DNA of 64,000 nt from positions 6,572,001 to 6,636,000 of the forward strand of contig CM075989.1 of the NCBI GenBank assembly GCA_038087875.1. Direction: 5' to 3'. How positions within the stretch are numbered: the stretch's first letter is position 1; every line of letters begins with the position of its first letter. The notes beneath the pieces are model-generated. The model ran no database searches. It was given only the letters and a program-made list of their open reading frames with translations, and was not told where the DNA came from. Shown one piece after another: positions 26,860 to 39,530 of this stretch. Source of the stretch: Malacoraja senta (Eukaryota). Both the position numbers and the translations under genes were made by a program.

Positions 26860-27505
26860 CTGGCCAGTGTGGGCAAGTTGGGCAGTTTTCACACTGTATC
26901 ACTCTATGACTCTATGAGTAAGGAACTGCAGATGCTGTGTAACACAGACTGTGCGACAGTCCATTACAAATTCCATGGCAGGTTGAAGACCAACTATTTG
27001 ATTAAAGCATCTGGTTTTTCAGTCGATCATTTGAATTATTCTCTTAGTTAATCCAAATTTCTCTTCGTCAAGTAACTCTTGCTTTCCCTCTCTCTCCGTG
27101 CCTCCCCCATTCCCAGTTCTCTGACTAATTTCACTGTCCTCCCGATTGCATTTTACTGATTGTATGCCTCGTTGTCACCTTCCCCTCAGCTAACAATGAA
27201 CCATTCTCCATTTTCCTTCAGCATAGTCCCCTTTGATCTGCGCTTTCACACCTTACCCTTCCCTATCTCTATGTCCCCCTCTCTCCTGAATCACAGGCTG
27301 AAGGGTCTCGACCCAAAACATCGCCCATTCCTTCTCTCCAGAGATGCTGCCTGTCCCGCTGAGTTACTCCGGCATTTTGTGTCGATCTCCAATTGTCTCT
27401 TACTCAGTTTAGATGAACCAGTCAGACCATCTCTCTCAGTAGTATTCCAATGTAAGTGCTTTTCTTTCGTTGCTCATTCTAAAATCACTTCAGCTGGCAA
27501 CAATG

Positions 27506-27511
27506 TTTATT
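27506..27511 (-). terminator. Candidate polyadenylation signal (AATAAA) for ST8SIA2
   Basis: TTTATT on plus strand about 395 nt downstream of the ST8SIA2 stop, just before repeat-derived sequence resumes. Confidence 0.4.
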
Positions 27512-27905
27512 GTGTTTCCTTCAAAGTCTGTCACAAGCTTAACTAAGAGAGACATCTTTAATCAAGCGTATCGGTGTTAAAGTTCCTGACACTTGGGCCT
27601 CTGGTTTGGGGCCTAGTTCTGAATGAAGCCTGGTCTTTCCTGATAGAAGGAATCTCCGCTCCGTTCTGCAATAGTCTAGTCCTGCTGTGGGCGGTCTCTT
27701 TGCTGTCACGCCTCATACATCAGAGAACAAAAGATCTGACTTCCCTTTCTGATGTTTGTGCGCTCAGAGTGTTGGTGCCTTGTCCACGAGGGCCGTTCTC
27801 GCCGTGATCGATCCCCCCACATGTGAGGTTGACTGGATCTGTCCAGCTTCCCAATGACGCCACAGTATTGGCTGTGGAGAGCCTCCCTCCTTCCTTCATT
27901 TACCT

Positions 27906-28197
27906 CTAACCCTGCGTTGCCATGTTGCACTCTCCAACGTTTAGCTTCAATGCACCCCGCAGGTGCAGGCTCTTCAGTGTCTTGAACTCCAGAGGCATTG
28001 TGTGCGGCGTAGCCCGGGAGTTGTACTCGTACGTCAGACTGTCGTAATAGTGATACTTCACTGCCTTTCCCCTTTGGTCCTTGGAGAAAGGCCAGAAGCC
28101 ATAGAGGTGGATCTCATCGCAGAAGCGAGTGGCGAGAGTGTACATCAAGAGGCCGGTGGTGGGACGTTTGATCAGCACCCTGTTAGTCAGCCAGTAC
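27906..28197 (-). CDS. ST8SIA2: ST8SIA2 terminal coding exon (equivalent to human exon 6)
   Basis: Acceptor cag|G at 28200-28198. Reads [37 protein letters not shown]...KYHYYDSL...[15 protein letters not shown]...[10 protein letters not shown] then TAG (27906-27908). Contains sialylmotif S, motif III (HYYD) and VS; phase matches the upstream exon (GG|G). Confidence 0.95.
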
Positions 28198-29807
28198 CTG
28201 GAGAGGGGACAGGACGGAAATCAGTCACATTACTAATCCAACATTTTTTACACAGGTGCCTGGAACGCACAGTGATGGAGGCAGATACGATAGTGGCGTT
28301 TAAGAGGCTTTTGGATAGGCATATGGATATACAGGGAGTGGAGGGATATGGGTTACGTGCAGGCAGATAAGAGTAGGTCTTGGCATCATTTTCCGACACA
28401 GATGCGGTGAGGACACAGAGCCTGTTCCTGTGCTGTAGACTTAGCTTTTAGAGATATAATGCGGAAACAGGCCCTTTGGCTCACCGAGTTCCCGCCGACC
28501 AGCAATCACCACAAACGTTAGCACAATCCTACACACTAGGGAGAGTTAACAAATTTACGGAAGCCAATTACCCTACAAACCTGCACGTCTTTGGAATGTG
28601 GGAGGAAACCAGAGCACCCGGAGAAAACCCACACGGTCACAGGGAGAACGTAAAAAACTCTGTACAGACAGCACCCGTAGTCAGGATGAAACCCGGATCC
28701 ATGGCATTGTAAGGCAGCAACTCTACCGCTGCGCCACCATGCCGCCCGTGTACTGTTCTATGTCCGATGTTCTAATTGTATTTGAAGGGATATATATGCC
28801 AGCATTGGTAATAAACTTCATGATCAGTACTGGTGTCGGAGGTTATGGGGAGAAGGCAGGAGAATGGGAGAGATAGATGAGGCATGATTGAATGGCAGAG
28901 TAGACCTGATGGGCCAAATGGCCTAATTCTACTCCTATCCCTTATGGCCTTATGAAAGGAAGAAAAACTCTACCAGCTACCAAAACATTGTGGTTCCCAT
29001 CTAACTGATAATTGTGACTACAGGTAAGATTACAAGCGTGTCCAATGTACTGTAGAAATAATTGCATGGACATCTTAACTTATGGCTTCAGCAACTTCTC
29101 CTTGGTTACACATTTCAGTTACTATTTGGATCACACCTTAATAGGATGTAACAATTACATATGAAAAATCAAAGGACAGCTAATATAGAGTGTCTTTATA
29201 GTAAAATCCCCTGAGGTGATTCCCAGCAGAGCAGACAGATTAAAAAATTGACCTTGAATCCACGATTGCAGTCTGAGTGATATCCTGACCAGAGCAATTA
29301 ACAAGCGGCGTTCTGAGAAATTTGCGGCAGACACTCCGGGCTTTGCAGTTTCAGGCAGATAATCACAACAAATTTAAAATTATCATTTAAAATCTCATGC
29401 TAAGATTCAACACTTTTATTTCTTTGAGGAATATTTTTAATTGATGAATGCAATACCAGCCAGCTACCATACTACCTTATTTTCTTCTTCTAATTAGCTC
29501 AGGAATAACTTCTGTGGCTTTGCCTCCAAGCATATTGCCATGAAACATCCCCTGCACCGTCGCCAAGTCTAATCATGTGTCAAAGTATTTTTCTAAAGCT
29601 GGACGGCTTTCAGGGTTTTAAAATGATTTTCTTTCTGTACGCAGCAGTGATCGGCCAACTTTATTAAGGAGGACGCGGTGACTCAAGATGGCAACACTTT
29701 CTTCTGATCATTTTAGATACATTTCCCTCTACACTCTTGGAAGCTGGGGGATGACACCTAAGGCCTAAAATAAGGCCTTAAAATAAGATAAGGCCTTAAA
29801 AACGTTC

Positions 29808-30520
29808 AGTCACACTACACCTCCATCCCCCACCAGGAAGGCCTTAAAGCCCTCTGTTACTTCCTCGACCACAGAACCATCCAATTTCCCTCTACTAACA
29901 CTCTACTCCACCAAGCAGAGCTGGTCCTCACCCTCAACAACTCCTTTGACTCCTCCCGCTTCCTCCAAGTCCAAGGCGTAGCTATGGGAACCCGCATGGG
30001 CCCCAGCTCTGCCTGCCTCTTTGTAAGGTCTGTTGAACAATCCCTGTTCCAGGTGTACACTGGCCCTATCCCCGAACTCTATCTCCATTATATTGATGAC
30101 TGCATCGGTGCCACCTCCTGCACCCATGCAGAACTCACGGACTTCATCAACTTCACCACCAATTTTCATCCTGCACTCAAATTTACTTGGACCATCTCTG
30201 ACACCTTCCTCCCCTTTCTTGATCTCAGTCTCGATCACAGGAAATAGACTATTGACTGACATCTATTACAAACCTACTGACTCCTACAACCATCTCGACT
30301 ACACTTCTTCCCACCCTGCTTCCTGCAAAGACTCTATCCCCTACTCCTAATTCCTCCGACTACGCCGCATCTGCCCCCAAGATGAGATGTTCCATACTAA
30401 AACATCCGAGATGTCCTCAATCTTTAGGGAATGGGGGTTCCCCTCTCCCATGATAGATGAGGCCCTCACTCATGTCTCCTCGGTACCCCGCAGCTCCGCT
30501 CTTGCCCCCCCCCTCCCCCT
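29808..30520 (+). mobile_element. Decayed Penelope-like element reverse transcriptase fragment
   Basis: YTSIPHQEGL...GVAMGTRMGPSSACLF...EQ...YIDDCIG...LPFLDL and, after a frameshift, TDIYYKPTDS..HLDYTSSHP: PLE-type RT motifs with frameshifts and stops. Confidence 0.85.
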
Positions 30521-31870
30521 AGAAGGGACCTCATTGAAACAATACAGAATAGTGAATGGCTTGGATAGGGTGGATGTGGAGAGGATGTTCCCACTAGTGG
30601 GAGAATCTAGAACTAGAGGTCAGAATTAAAGGACTTTCTTTTAGGAAGGAGATAAGGAGAAATGTCTTTAGTCCGAGGGTGGTGAATCTGTGTAATTCTT
30701 TGCCACAGAAGGCAGAAATAGATAGATTCTTGATCAGTACGGGTGTCAGGGGTTATGGGGAGAAGGCAGGAGAATGGAGTTAGGAGGGAGAGATAGATCA
30801 GCCATAAATGGTGGAGTAGACTTGATGGGCCAAATGGCCTAATTCTACTCCTATTCCTTATGACCTTAGTCCTCCACATATCCCTCACGTGCCCATCAAC
30901 TCCACCCTGACTGTCCTACCATAGTCTGCAGCAGCCCACTAACCCACTGAGTAGCAGGTCTATGGGATATGGGAGGAAACGGGAGCACCCAGGGGGGAAC
31001 CTGTGCGATTACACAAAGAACATCCAAATACCACATTTACACCCAGTCCGCTCATTCCCTGCTGTGTTTCCGACCACGTCTACACAAAAATAACTAGTTC
31101 CCACTTAATTAATCTCATCCAACCTTCATCAGTGGCTGCGTTATTCACTGACTACAGTCCGCACACACTTTGAACACCCGGCTACGCCCCTGCCACTTCC
31201 CCTAAACATAAGATCATCCAAAATTATTTTGCCCATATCCCACCCTTCACTAAATCCCATTCACCCACCAACCCCCCCCCCCCCTCCCCCAATAGTGGTG
31301 GCGGCACAGTGGCACAGGTGGTAGAGCTGCTGCCCAACAGTGCAGAGACCCGGGTTCGATCCCAACCTTGGGTGCTGTCTGTGTGGAGTTTGCACGTTCT
31401 CCCTGTGGCTGTGTGGGTTTCCTCCGGGTGCTCTGGTTTCCTCCCACATCCCAAAGACGTGCGGGCTTGTAGGTTAATTGGCCCTCTGCAAGTTGCCCTG
31501 AGCATGCAGCGAGTGGATGTGAAGGTTGGATAGCATAGAACTAATATAAATCGTTGACGTGAACTTGGTGGGCCGAAGGGACTGTATCTCTAAACTCGTA
31601 TGCTCTTAAGCACTCTAATCGGGTGATGTTTCTGTTCATGACTCTCCTTCAGACAGAGTCAGGGGAAACAGAAACGAGAGATATGGAAGGTAGATAGAAA
31701 TAATGAATGAAAGATAAGCAACGATGATCAAGGACAGGTGGAGCCCACAATGGTCCATTGTTGGCTGTGGGGTAGGTGATCTATGCAGATGCCTTTCGAG
31801 TGCTGCGACTGTTCCTGCCTCCACCACCACCAGCTCATTCCTACATCTCGTTGTGTGAATAAATGAACTC

Positions 31871-32145
31871 TGGGGGGCACGGTGGTGCCGCGATAGAGTT
31901 GCTGCCTCGCAGCTCCAGAGACCCGGGATCCATCCTGACTACGGGCGCTGTCCGCAGAGTTTGCACGTTCTCCCTGTGACTGCGTGGGTTTTCCCTGGGC
32001 GCTCCTGTTTCCTCCCACATTCCAAAGATGTGCAGCTTTGTAGGTTAAATGGCTTCTGTAAATTGTCTGTAGGATAGAATTAGTGCACGGGTGATCACTG
32101 GTCGGCGCGGACTTGATGGGCCGAAGGATTTGTTTCCACACTGTT
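31871..32145 (+). mobile_element. V-SINE copy on one side of the 294-bp ST8SIA2 exon
   Basis: Head, V-core and tail match the other copies. Confidence 0.85.
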
Positions 32146-32310
32146 TCTCCAAACCTCCTTCCTCTCACCTTAAGCCCATACCCTCCAGGTTTGGACAGCT
32201 CCAACTATACTCTGCCAATCTTCCCTGCCTCTGCCTCCCTTCATATTCTGTGCACTCTGAATTCTACCATGCACCTTGGCGGTTGGATCTGGAGTGGGTG
32301 TGGAACTCAC

Positions 32311-32604
32311 CCCCGCACTGCGTGTAGGAGCCTCAGTGATGGGTAGGCGGTCTGCACGTGGATCTTGTGCTCAATGATGAGGTTGTTCACCCACTCGACA
32401 CGCTCCTCTCCCCCTTTGGCCATGAACGCTGGGATCCAGAGGATGGCGCTGTCCAGCATCTTCAACCGGTGCAACAGTTTCTCCTTCCACGTCTCGTTCT
32501 TCAGATCCTCAAACGCACGCTGCACCACCGAAGGATTCATCGTCACCAAATCGGTCTTCTGACCAACATCCTGTGCGTACACTTCCACTGGGGCAAGGTT
32601 GCAT
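32311..32604 (-). CDS. ST8SIA2: ST8SIA2 coding exon, 294 bp (equivalent to human exon 5)
   Basis: ttttag acceptor and GTGAGT donor. [34 protein letters not shown]...[18 protein letters not shown]...[14 protein letters not shown]: end of sialylmotif L plus the polysialyltransferase domain. [15 protein letters not shown] and RLLHAVRG are ST8SIA2-type. Confidence 0.95.
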
Positions 32605-32734
32605 CTAAAAACAAATTAAGTTGCAATGTTACCATATGCAGTTTTTACAACTGACGTGAGTCTAGCATTGTGCTGGAATATAAGGTAGCATCTTTACTTT
32701 AGTTTATTGTCACGTTTTGTCACGCTTTTTAGTT

Positions 32735-33011
32735 TATTTTAGAGACACAGGCCCTTCGACCCACCGTGTCCGCGCCAACCAGCGATCCCCGCACACAAAC
32801 ACTATCCTACACACACACGGGACAATTTACAATTTTTTTACCAAAGCCAATTAATCTACAAACCTGTACGTCTTAGGAGTGTGGGAGGAAACCGGAGCTC
32901 CCGGAGGAAACCCACACGGGCACAAGGAGAACCTACAAACTCCGTACGGACAGCGCCGGTAGTCAGGATAGATCCTGGGTCTCTGGCGCTGTAAGGCAGC
33001 AACTCTACCGC
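32735..33011 (-). mobile_element. V-SINE copy on the other side of the 294-bp ST8SIA2 exon
   Basis: Reverse complement of the SINE consensus; interrupts a LINE-tail repeat. Confidence 0.85.
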
Positions 33012-35350
33012 TTGTTGCGTGCTAACCAGTCAGTGGAAAGACTATATATGATTACAATCGAGCCGTCCAAAGTGTACAAATACAGGATAAAGGGAATAAC
33101 GCTTAATGCAAGATTAGTGTCCAGTAAAGTCCAATTAAGGACAGGCCGAGGGTTTCCAATGAGATAGATGGTAGCTCAGGACCGCTCTCTAGTTGGTGAG
33201 AGGACGGTTCAGTTAATAATAATAATAATAATAGATTTTATTTAAGGGCACCTATACAAAAGTCTCAAGGACACCTTACAAAATTTAACAAAGAAACATA
33301 TAATCAGAGTAAAATAAGTTATAAAGACATCACAAATACACAAATTAAAGACAGAAATTCGATCCAAAGAAGACAACAACAAAAATTCAGAAACACAATG
33401 TGAAGGGAGAGCAGCGGCAGCCAAACCGCGCCAGCGTACACTCTCCCTTCCGACCGCCATCTTGGACATAGACTAACATAGACACTACACACTACACACA
33501 AAATCATCCCCCCACAGTGGTTACCACAGTGGGGGAAGGCACAATGTCCAGTCCCCAACCCCAGTTCTCCCCAAAGTCAGGCCTACCAGTTGCCTGATAA
33601 CAGCTGGGAAGAAACTATCCCTGAATCTGGGGGTCTGCGTATTCATACCACTGTCACTCTTGCCTGATGTGAGAATTGGTTTAGTTTAGTTACGTCTAGT
33701 TTAGAGTTGCAGCGCGGAAACAGGACCTTCGGCCCACCGAGTCCATGCCAACCAATTGACATTTATACCAAGACAATTAACTTACAAACCTGTGCGTCTT
33801 TGGAGTGTGGGAGAAAACCGAAGATCTCGGAGAAAACCCACGCAGGTCACGGGGAGAACGTACAAACTCCGTACAGACAGCACCCGTTGTCGGGATCGAA
33901 CCTGGGTCTCCGGCGCTGTAAAGCAGCAACTCTACCGCAGCACCACCTGATGTTGACTGATCAATTCCCATAATCTATAAAATCTACATGACAACATAGA
34001 ACTGATGGTTCGTGCCAAACTTCAGGATGCAAGCGAATAATCTAGCCTGAAGCTCCAGTGAAGCGCAGTGGGAGTGCTGTGTTACCAGCAGTGCTGCTGT
34101 TCAGCAAAGGTATTAAAGTCTCACTTCTTTGCTTCAGTGAACATTGACTGTCACATGTACTATTTGCGGAAGGAGTTGAAAGCTTTAAGGAATGGGCTGA
34201 ACATCCTGAAAAAATAACAAGATCTATTAACCTGCCATTCACCTCACTCTCGTTGGACTTAATGAAACCAATGTCTTTCGTGTCTTTTAACTTATCCTCT
34301 CTTTGGCCTTTTAAAATTCCTGTAATTGGCTGATCATCCAAAATCAGTACCCTGTTCCTGTTTTCTCCCCATATCTCTTGATTCCATTCGCCCTAAGAGC
34401 TTTATCTAACTCTCTCCTGAAAACATCCAGTGAATTGGCCTCCACCGTCTTCTGTGGAAGAAAGTTCCACAGATTCACAACTCTCTGGGTGAAAAAGTAC
34501 TTCCTCATTCCAGTCCTAAATGGCCTAACGCTTATTCTTAAACTGTGACCCCTGGTTCTGGACTCCCCCAACATGGGGAACATTTCTCTTGCATCGAGCC
34601 TGATCCAATCCCGTGAGAATTTTATATGTTTCTATAAGATCCCCCCTCATCCTTCCAAATTCCAGTGAATACAAGCCCAGTTAACTCCTGGAATGAAGAC
34701 ACATCTCCAGACAAAAAGGCACGCACAGGCCCTTCGGTCCACCGAGTCCGCACCGACATTAACACTATCCAACACACACTGAGGACAAACTCCGTACAGA
34801 CAGCAACCGTAGTCATGATAGAACCCGGGTCTCTGGCGCTGTCAGGCAGCAACTCTACCACTGCGCCACTGGGCCATCTCTCTAGGACAAGGACGTATTG
34901 CTCTGAACTCTGTATTGGAATTATTCTATTTCCAACTCCGACATCTGTATAATGTTGGATACCTCAATCAGGCCATTCTTCAGCCTTCCCATTCTCCAGT
35001 TTTTCTGGTTGGAATCATTTCCAATTTCTGGTATAATTCTCGTTAATCCTTTCCATACTCTCTCCAACAGCTCTGTGCCCTTGCTGTGATGTAGGGGAAC
35101 TGTTTGCCATGTTTGCTGCAACCTTATCATGACCGTCCTACTTTTCAATTCAATTCTTCCAAAAATAAATACCAGCCTTTAAAAAAAAAATCTCATTAAT
35201 CTCCTTTCCAACTTTTACACTGTGCTAAATGAACACAGAATAATCAACCAACATGGTCATGGGTGGGGTGAATCTTGTAAATGATATCTGATAACAATTA
35301 CTACCCTGATCTGTTCATTGAATACCCCCACCCCCTCACCTGTATCCACC

Positions 35351-36083
35351 CAGGGGCGGAAATCGCTATCAAAACATGGGGGGGGGGGACACAATTTCTT
35401 GTCGCCACGCGCGTATGCGCACACGCACACATGCGCGCGAGGCTTTGGAGGCTTCAGCCTGTGGACGGTAACATCGGGAGCTGACCCGGTTGGTGACCGA
35501 CTCCGAACGACAGCAACAGCTGCTTCGTCCGCCCCGAATCCTGGGGCTTCAATCGGCCCGTTCGCGGGGCCTTTCATCGCCCGGCGGGGGCTTCAACATC
35601 AGGAGCCTCGATCGCCTCGTCGCAGCAATTTGACCGCGGGGCGATGGAAGATCCAGTGGCCGATTTTAAGCCGCACCGCGCCGGGCGATGAAAACCCCGC
35701 GAACGGGCCGATTCAAGCTCCGCTCAATGATCTTTTTTTCCACCAGGATGTCTCCCTCCTCCAATCACCGCGCTCTATCCTCAGTCCCACCCCCCTACTT
35801 CCGCCTCTGACCGACACCTCCCTCCTCCAATCATCGTGCTGAATCATCACAGTTCCCTCCCCCCCGCCTGCTGACTGACGTCTCTCTCGTCCAATCGGCG
35901 CCCTCGATCATCAGTCCCACCCCCACTGTCTCGCGGAATGCGGAGATTTTTTACAGATTTTTCTTTCACCGAGTTTCAAAATCCAGATTACAAAACATGG
36001 GGGGGATTGTCCCCCACCTCTCAAAATACGGGGGGGGGGGGGGAACGTGTCCCCCCCCGTCCCCCTCGGGATTTCCACCCATG
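35351..36083 (+). mobile_element. hAT-type MITE, long form
   Basis: CAGGGGCGGAAATC...GATTTCCACCCATG with shared subterminal CAAAACATGG-G-run motifs; TSD degraded. Confidence 0.75.
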
Positions 36084-37001
36084 GCCCACCTATCACTCGC
36101 CAGGTTTTGTTCCAGACCCCGACCCTCCTCCCTCACCCGAACAATTTGAGGGGTCCCATCCCGACTACCTACTGTGTGTTCCTCCTTTCTGGCTTTATAA
36201 TTTATTCCTAATTTCTCCTTAATTGGCAGCCTTTTATCTCCTTTTAGGCACTATCTTTCGCCCACTCATCTGTCAATCTAATCCATGTGTATCCACCAAT
36301 CCCTTGCCCGTTCCCTTTCCATCTCCAGAGATGCTGTGTGATCCGCTGAGTTACGCCAACACTTTGTATCTTGATTTGTAAACCAGCATCTGCAGTTCCT
36401 TGTCCCTACCTTACTCTGAAATACGCTAAAGAACAGCAGAGTAAACTCGATGGGTCGAATGGCCAAATGCTACCTATGACACCTGTAAATTATCCCTGGT
36501 GTGTAGGATAGTGCTAGTCTGGGCAGTGATTGCTGATCGGTGTGGACTCGGTGGGCTAAAGGGACTGGATTTGGCCATTCAACCCAACGACTCCACTGTG
36601 CCATTCTTTAGACTTTAGACTTTAGAGATACAGCACGGAAACAGGTCCCTTGGCCCACTGAGTCTGCGTCAACCAGCATTCACCCCGTACACTTGCAGAG
36701 TTAACATTTAGGGCTGAAGCAAGGTCTCGACCTGAAACGTCACCTATTCCTTCTCCCCAGGGATGCTGCCTGTCCCGCTGTCCCGCTGAGTTACCCCAGC
36801 ATTTTGTGTCTATCTTCGGTGTAAACCAGCATCTGCAGTTCCTTCCTACACATTTTGTCTGCTCCGCTGAAAAATCTCCTAAAGTTATGCCGACTTTGAA
36901 GAAGTTCTCCTCCTCTCTCCGAACAGTCTGACAAAAGGTCTCGACCCCCTAACGCCACCTATTCCCTTTCCTCGGAGCGAACCTCCTGACCTGCTGAGTT
37001 A

Positions 37002-37332
37002 AAGCCCTGTCCCACTGTACGAGTTCATTCAAGAATTCTCCCCGAGTTTGCCCTGATTCGAACTCTGAGATTTACGGTAATGGCCACTCGTCGGTACTCG
37101 GGGCTCTCGTGGACATTTTTCAACATGTTGAAAAATCTACACGAGTCTTCCCGAGCTTACCTGCCATTAGCGAGTCTTCCCGAGTACCTGCCGTTAGCGT
37201 TACGAGCCGCTAAGAGACGTCCCCGAGCTCCGACGTACCCGCTACGTTCATTCTCCGTGCTTACCACGAGTTTGATTATTTTTTTTAACTCGGGAGAGCT
37301 CTTGAATGAACTCGTACAGTGGGACAGGGCCA
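37002..37332. mobile_element. PIF/Harbinger-type MITE
   Basis: GCCCTGTCCCACTGTACGAGTTCATTCAAGA TIRs; flanks TTA/CTA. Same family as 45337, 49789 and 63078. Confidence 0.8.
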
Positions 37333-37579
37333 CTAGTCTGGCATTTTATGTCTATCTTTAACATTTAGGTAAATCATTTCTCAGCAGACTGGAGTGAAAA
37401 ATAGTATTTGCTTCTAAATCTTCTCAGTTTGGATGACGTGTCGTCTACCTGCCAAGTTAACTCTGCTCCTCTCTCCACAGATACTTCCTGAACTGCTGGG
37501 GTTTTTCAGCTTTTATTTCACGTTTCCAGTAGCTGCAGCTTTTTTTGTTTTCCAAGGTGTAAAAACCCCAAGTTATTAC

Positions 37580-37837
37580 CTTATCACAAATTCATGTGAG
37601 TCTATCTCTCGCCCACAGCCACTGTTCAGCAGAATCCCAGAGTTCCCCACAATGGCGCACTGTTTGAAGTGCTTGTTCTTCATTGGCGATGTCCTTGGTA
37701 ATAGCTCATACAGGCTAGAGGATATATTCAGAGTCCTGTCCCTGTCAAAAATATAATGAATGATATCTCCCGGCTTCAGTTTGCCTTTCAGCACGGAAAT
37801 GTCCTTCTCTGCATCCAGAAACCTCAGAATGTCTTTC
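37580..37837 (-). CDS. ST8SIA2: ST8SIA2 coding exon, 258 bp (equivalent to human exon 4)
   Basis: tag|G acceptor and AG|GTAATA donor. [33 protein letters not shown]...[27 protein letters not shown] includes the start of sialylmotif L. Confidence 0.95.
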
Positions 37838-37976
37838 CTACGAATGGAAAGATAACAATCAGCATTAAGTGGAGAGGATATTCAGGATAACATTATCACA
37901 CTTGGATTCCATGAGAAGATCCAACACTAAATGTTAGATTACAAGCAATTCATTTGGGTTCTTCTATGTTATAGAG

Positions 37977-38170
37977 CAGTGGTTCTTAACCTTTTTGGCA
38001 CCAGTACGGGCATACGTGAACAATATACTGTATGTGGTATGTACCATTGTTAGGTTCCTAATCATGGGCTCAACAAATTGATATGTTATTTCTGTCCCCT
38101 TCATGACCCCCCGGCAAAGCCCCAAACGACCCCCCTTAGGGGGTCACCACCCCCAGGTTAAGAACCACAG
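37977..38170. mobile_element. hAT-Charlie-type MITE
   Basis: CAGTGGTTCTTAACCT...AGGTTAAGAACCACAG; TSD TTATAGAG/TTATGGAG. Confidence 0.8.
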
Positions 38171-39207
38171 TTATGGAGAGTCATACATGGAAACAGGCCC
38201 TTCGGCAAAACTTGCCCACGCCCCATCTACACTAGTCCCACCTGCCCGCGTCTGGCCCATATCCCTGTAAACCTTTCCCATCCATCTACGTTGCAATGAT
38301 GACAACCACAACAACGATGAAAGCATGACCTATTCCCTCTGGCTGGGCAGTCTAGAACTAGGAGGCAAGGTCAAATATTAAAACCTGACGTTTCTGCTGT
38401 GAAGTTAGTAAATAGTACAACAATCATGACTTTCCAGGGCTCGAGGGCCTGAGCTATAAGGAGAGGTTGGACAGACTAGGACTTTATTCCTTGGAGTGCA
38501 GGAGGGTGAGAGATGATTCTAATAGAGGTGTGTAAGACTATGAGGGTAATAGATAAGGTAAATACACAGTCTTTTACCCAGAGGGCAGCACGGTGGAGCA
38601 GCGGTAGAGTTGCTGCCTCACAGCGCCAGAGACCAGGGTTCGATTCTGACTGCGGATACTGTCTGTACGGAGTTTGTACGTTCTCCCCGTGAACCGCGTG
38701 GGTTTTCTCCCGGTGCTCCGGTTTCTTCCCACATCCCAACGACATACAAGATTGGCCCTAGTGTGTAGGATGGTGCTAATGTACGGGGTGATCGGTGGTT
38801 GGCATGGACTCGCTGAGCCGAAGGGCCTGTTTCCATGCTGTATCGCTAAACTAAACAAAGTAGGGGAATCAAAACTAGAGGATATAAGTTTAAGGTCAGT
38901 GGGGATAGATTTAATAGGAACCTTTTCACATAGTTTTATGGAACAAACTGTCAAAGGAGGTCGTTGAGGCAAATACTATAGCAACATATAAAAGACATTT
39001 GGACAGGTTCACAAATAGCAAAGGTATATGTATATGATGCTAAGCAGAAGTTGAGAACAATTTGTAATCCTCTTCCCAAACTTCCCAGCGTTAGTCACAT
39101 AATGTTGGGTAGCACGGAAACAGGCTCTCCCTATACCACAATCTGCCATCACCAGCAAATGCCCATTTAACACCATTCCCATTTTATTTTGCCCAGATTC
39201 CCCGTTG

Positions 39208-39530
39208 AGTGGCGACGGTGGCACAGCGGTAGAGTTGCTGCCTCACAGCGCTTGCAGCGCCAGAGACCCGGGTTCGATCCCGACAATGGGTGCTTGTCTG
39301 TACGGAGTTTGTACGTTCTCCCCGTGACCGCATGGGTTTTCTCCGAGATCTTCAGTTTCCTCCCACGCTCAAAAGACGTACATGTTTGTAGGTTAATTGG
39401 CTTGGTGTATGTGTAAATTGTCCCTAGTGTGTGTAGGATAGTGTTAATGTAAGGGGATCGCTGGCCGGTGCGGACTAGGTGGGCTGAAGGGCCTGTTCCC
39501 GCACTGTATCTCTAAAACTAAAAACTAAAT
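39208..39530 (+). mobile_element. tRNA-derived V-SINE (HE1-like), young full-length copy
   Basis: GGTGGCACAGCGGTAGAG A-box, GGTTCGATCCC B-box, V-core and CTAAAA tail. Confidence 0.9.

Noticed and set aside
29808..30520. Functional or domesticated reverse transcriptase gene
   Set aside because: Frameshifts, stop codons and truncation by a CR1 fragment.
39208..39285. tRNA genes
   Set aside because: A and B boxes are SINE heads continuing into the V-core and LINE-like tail; no complete cloverleaf.
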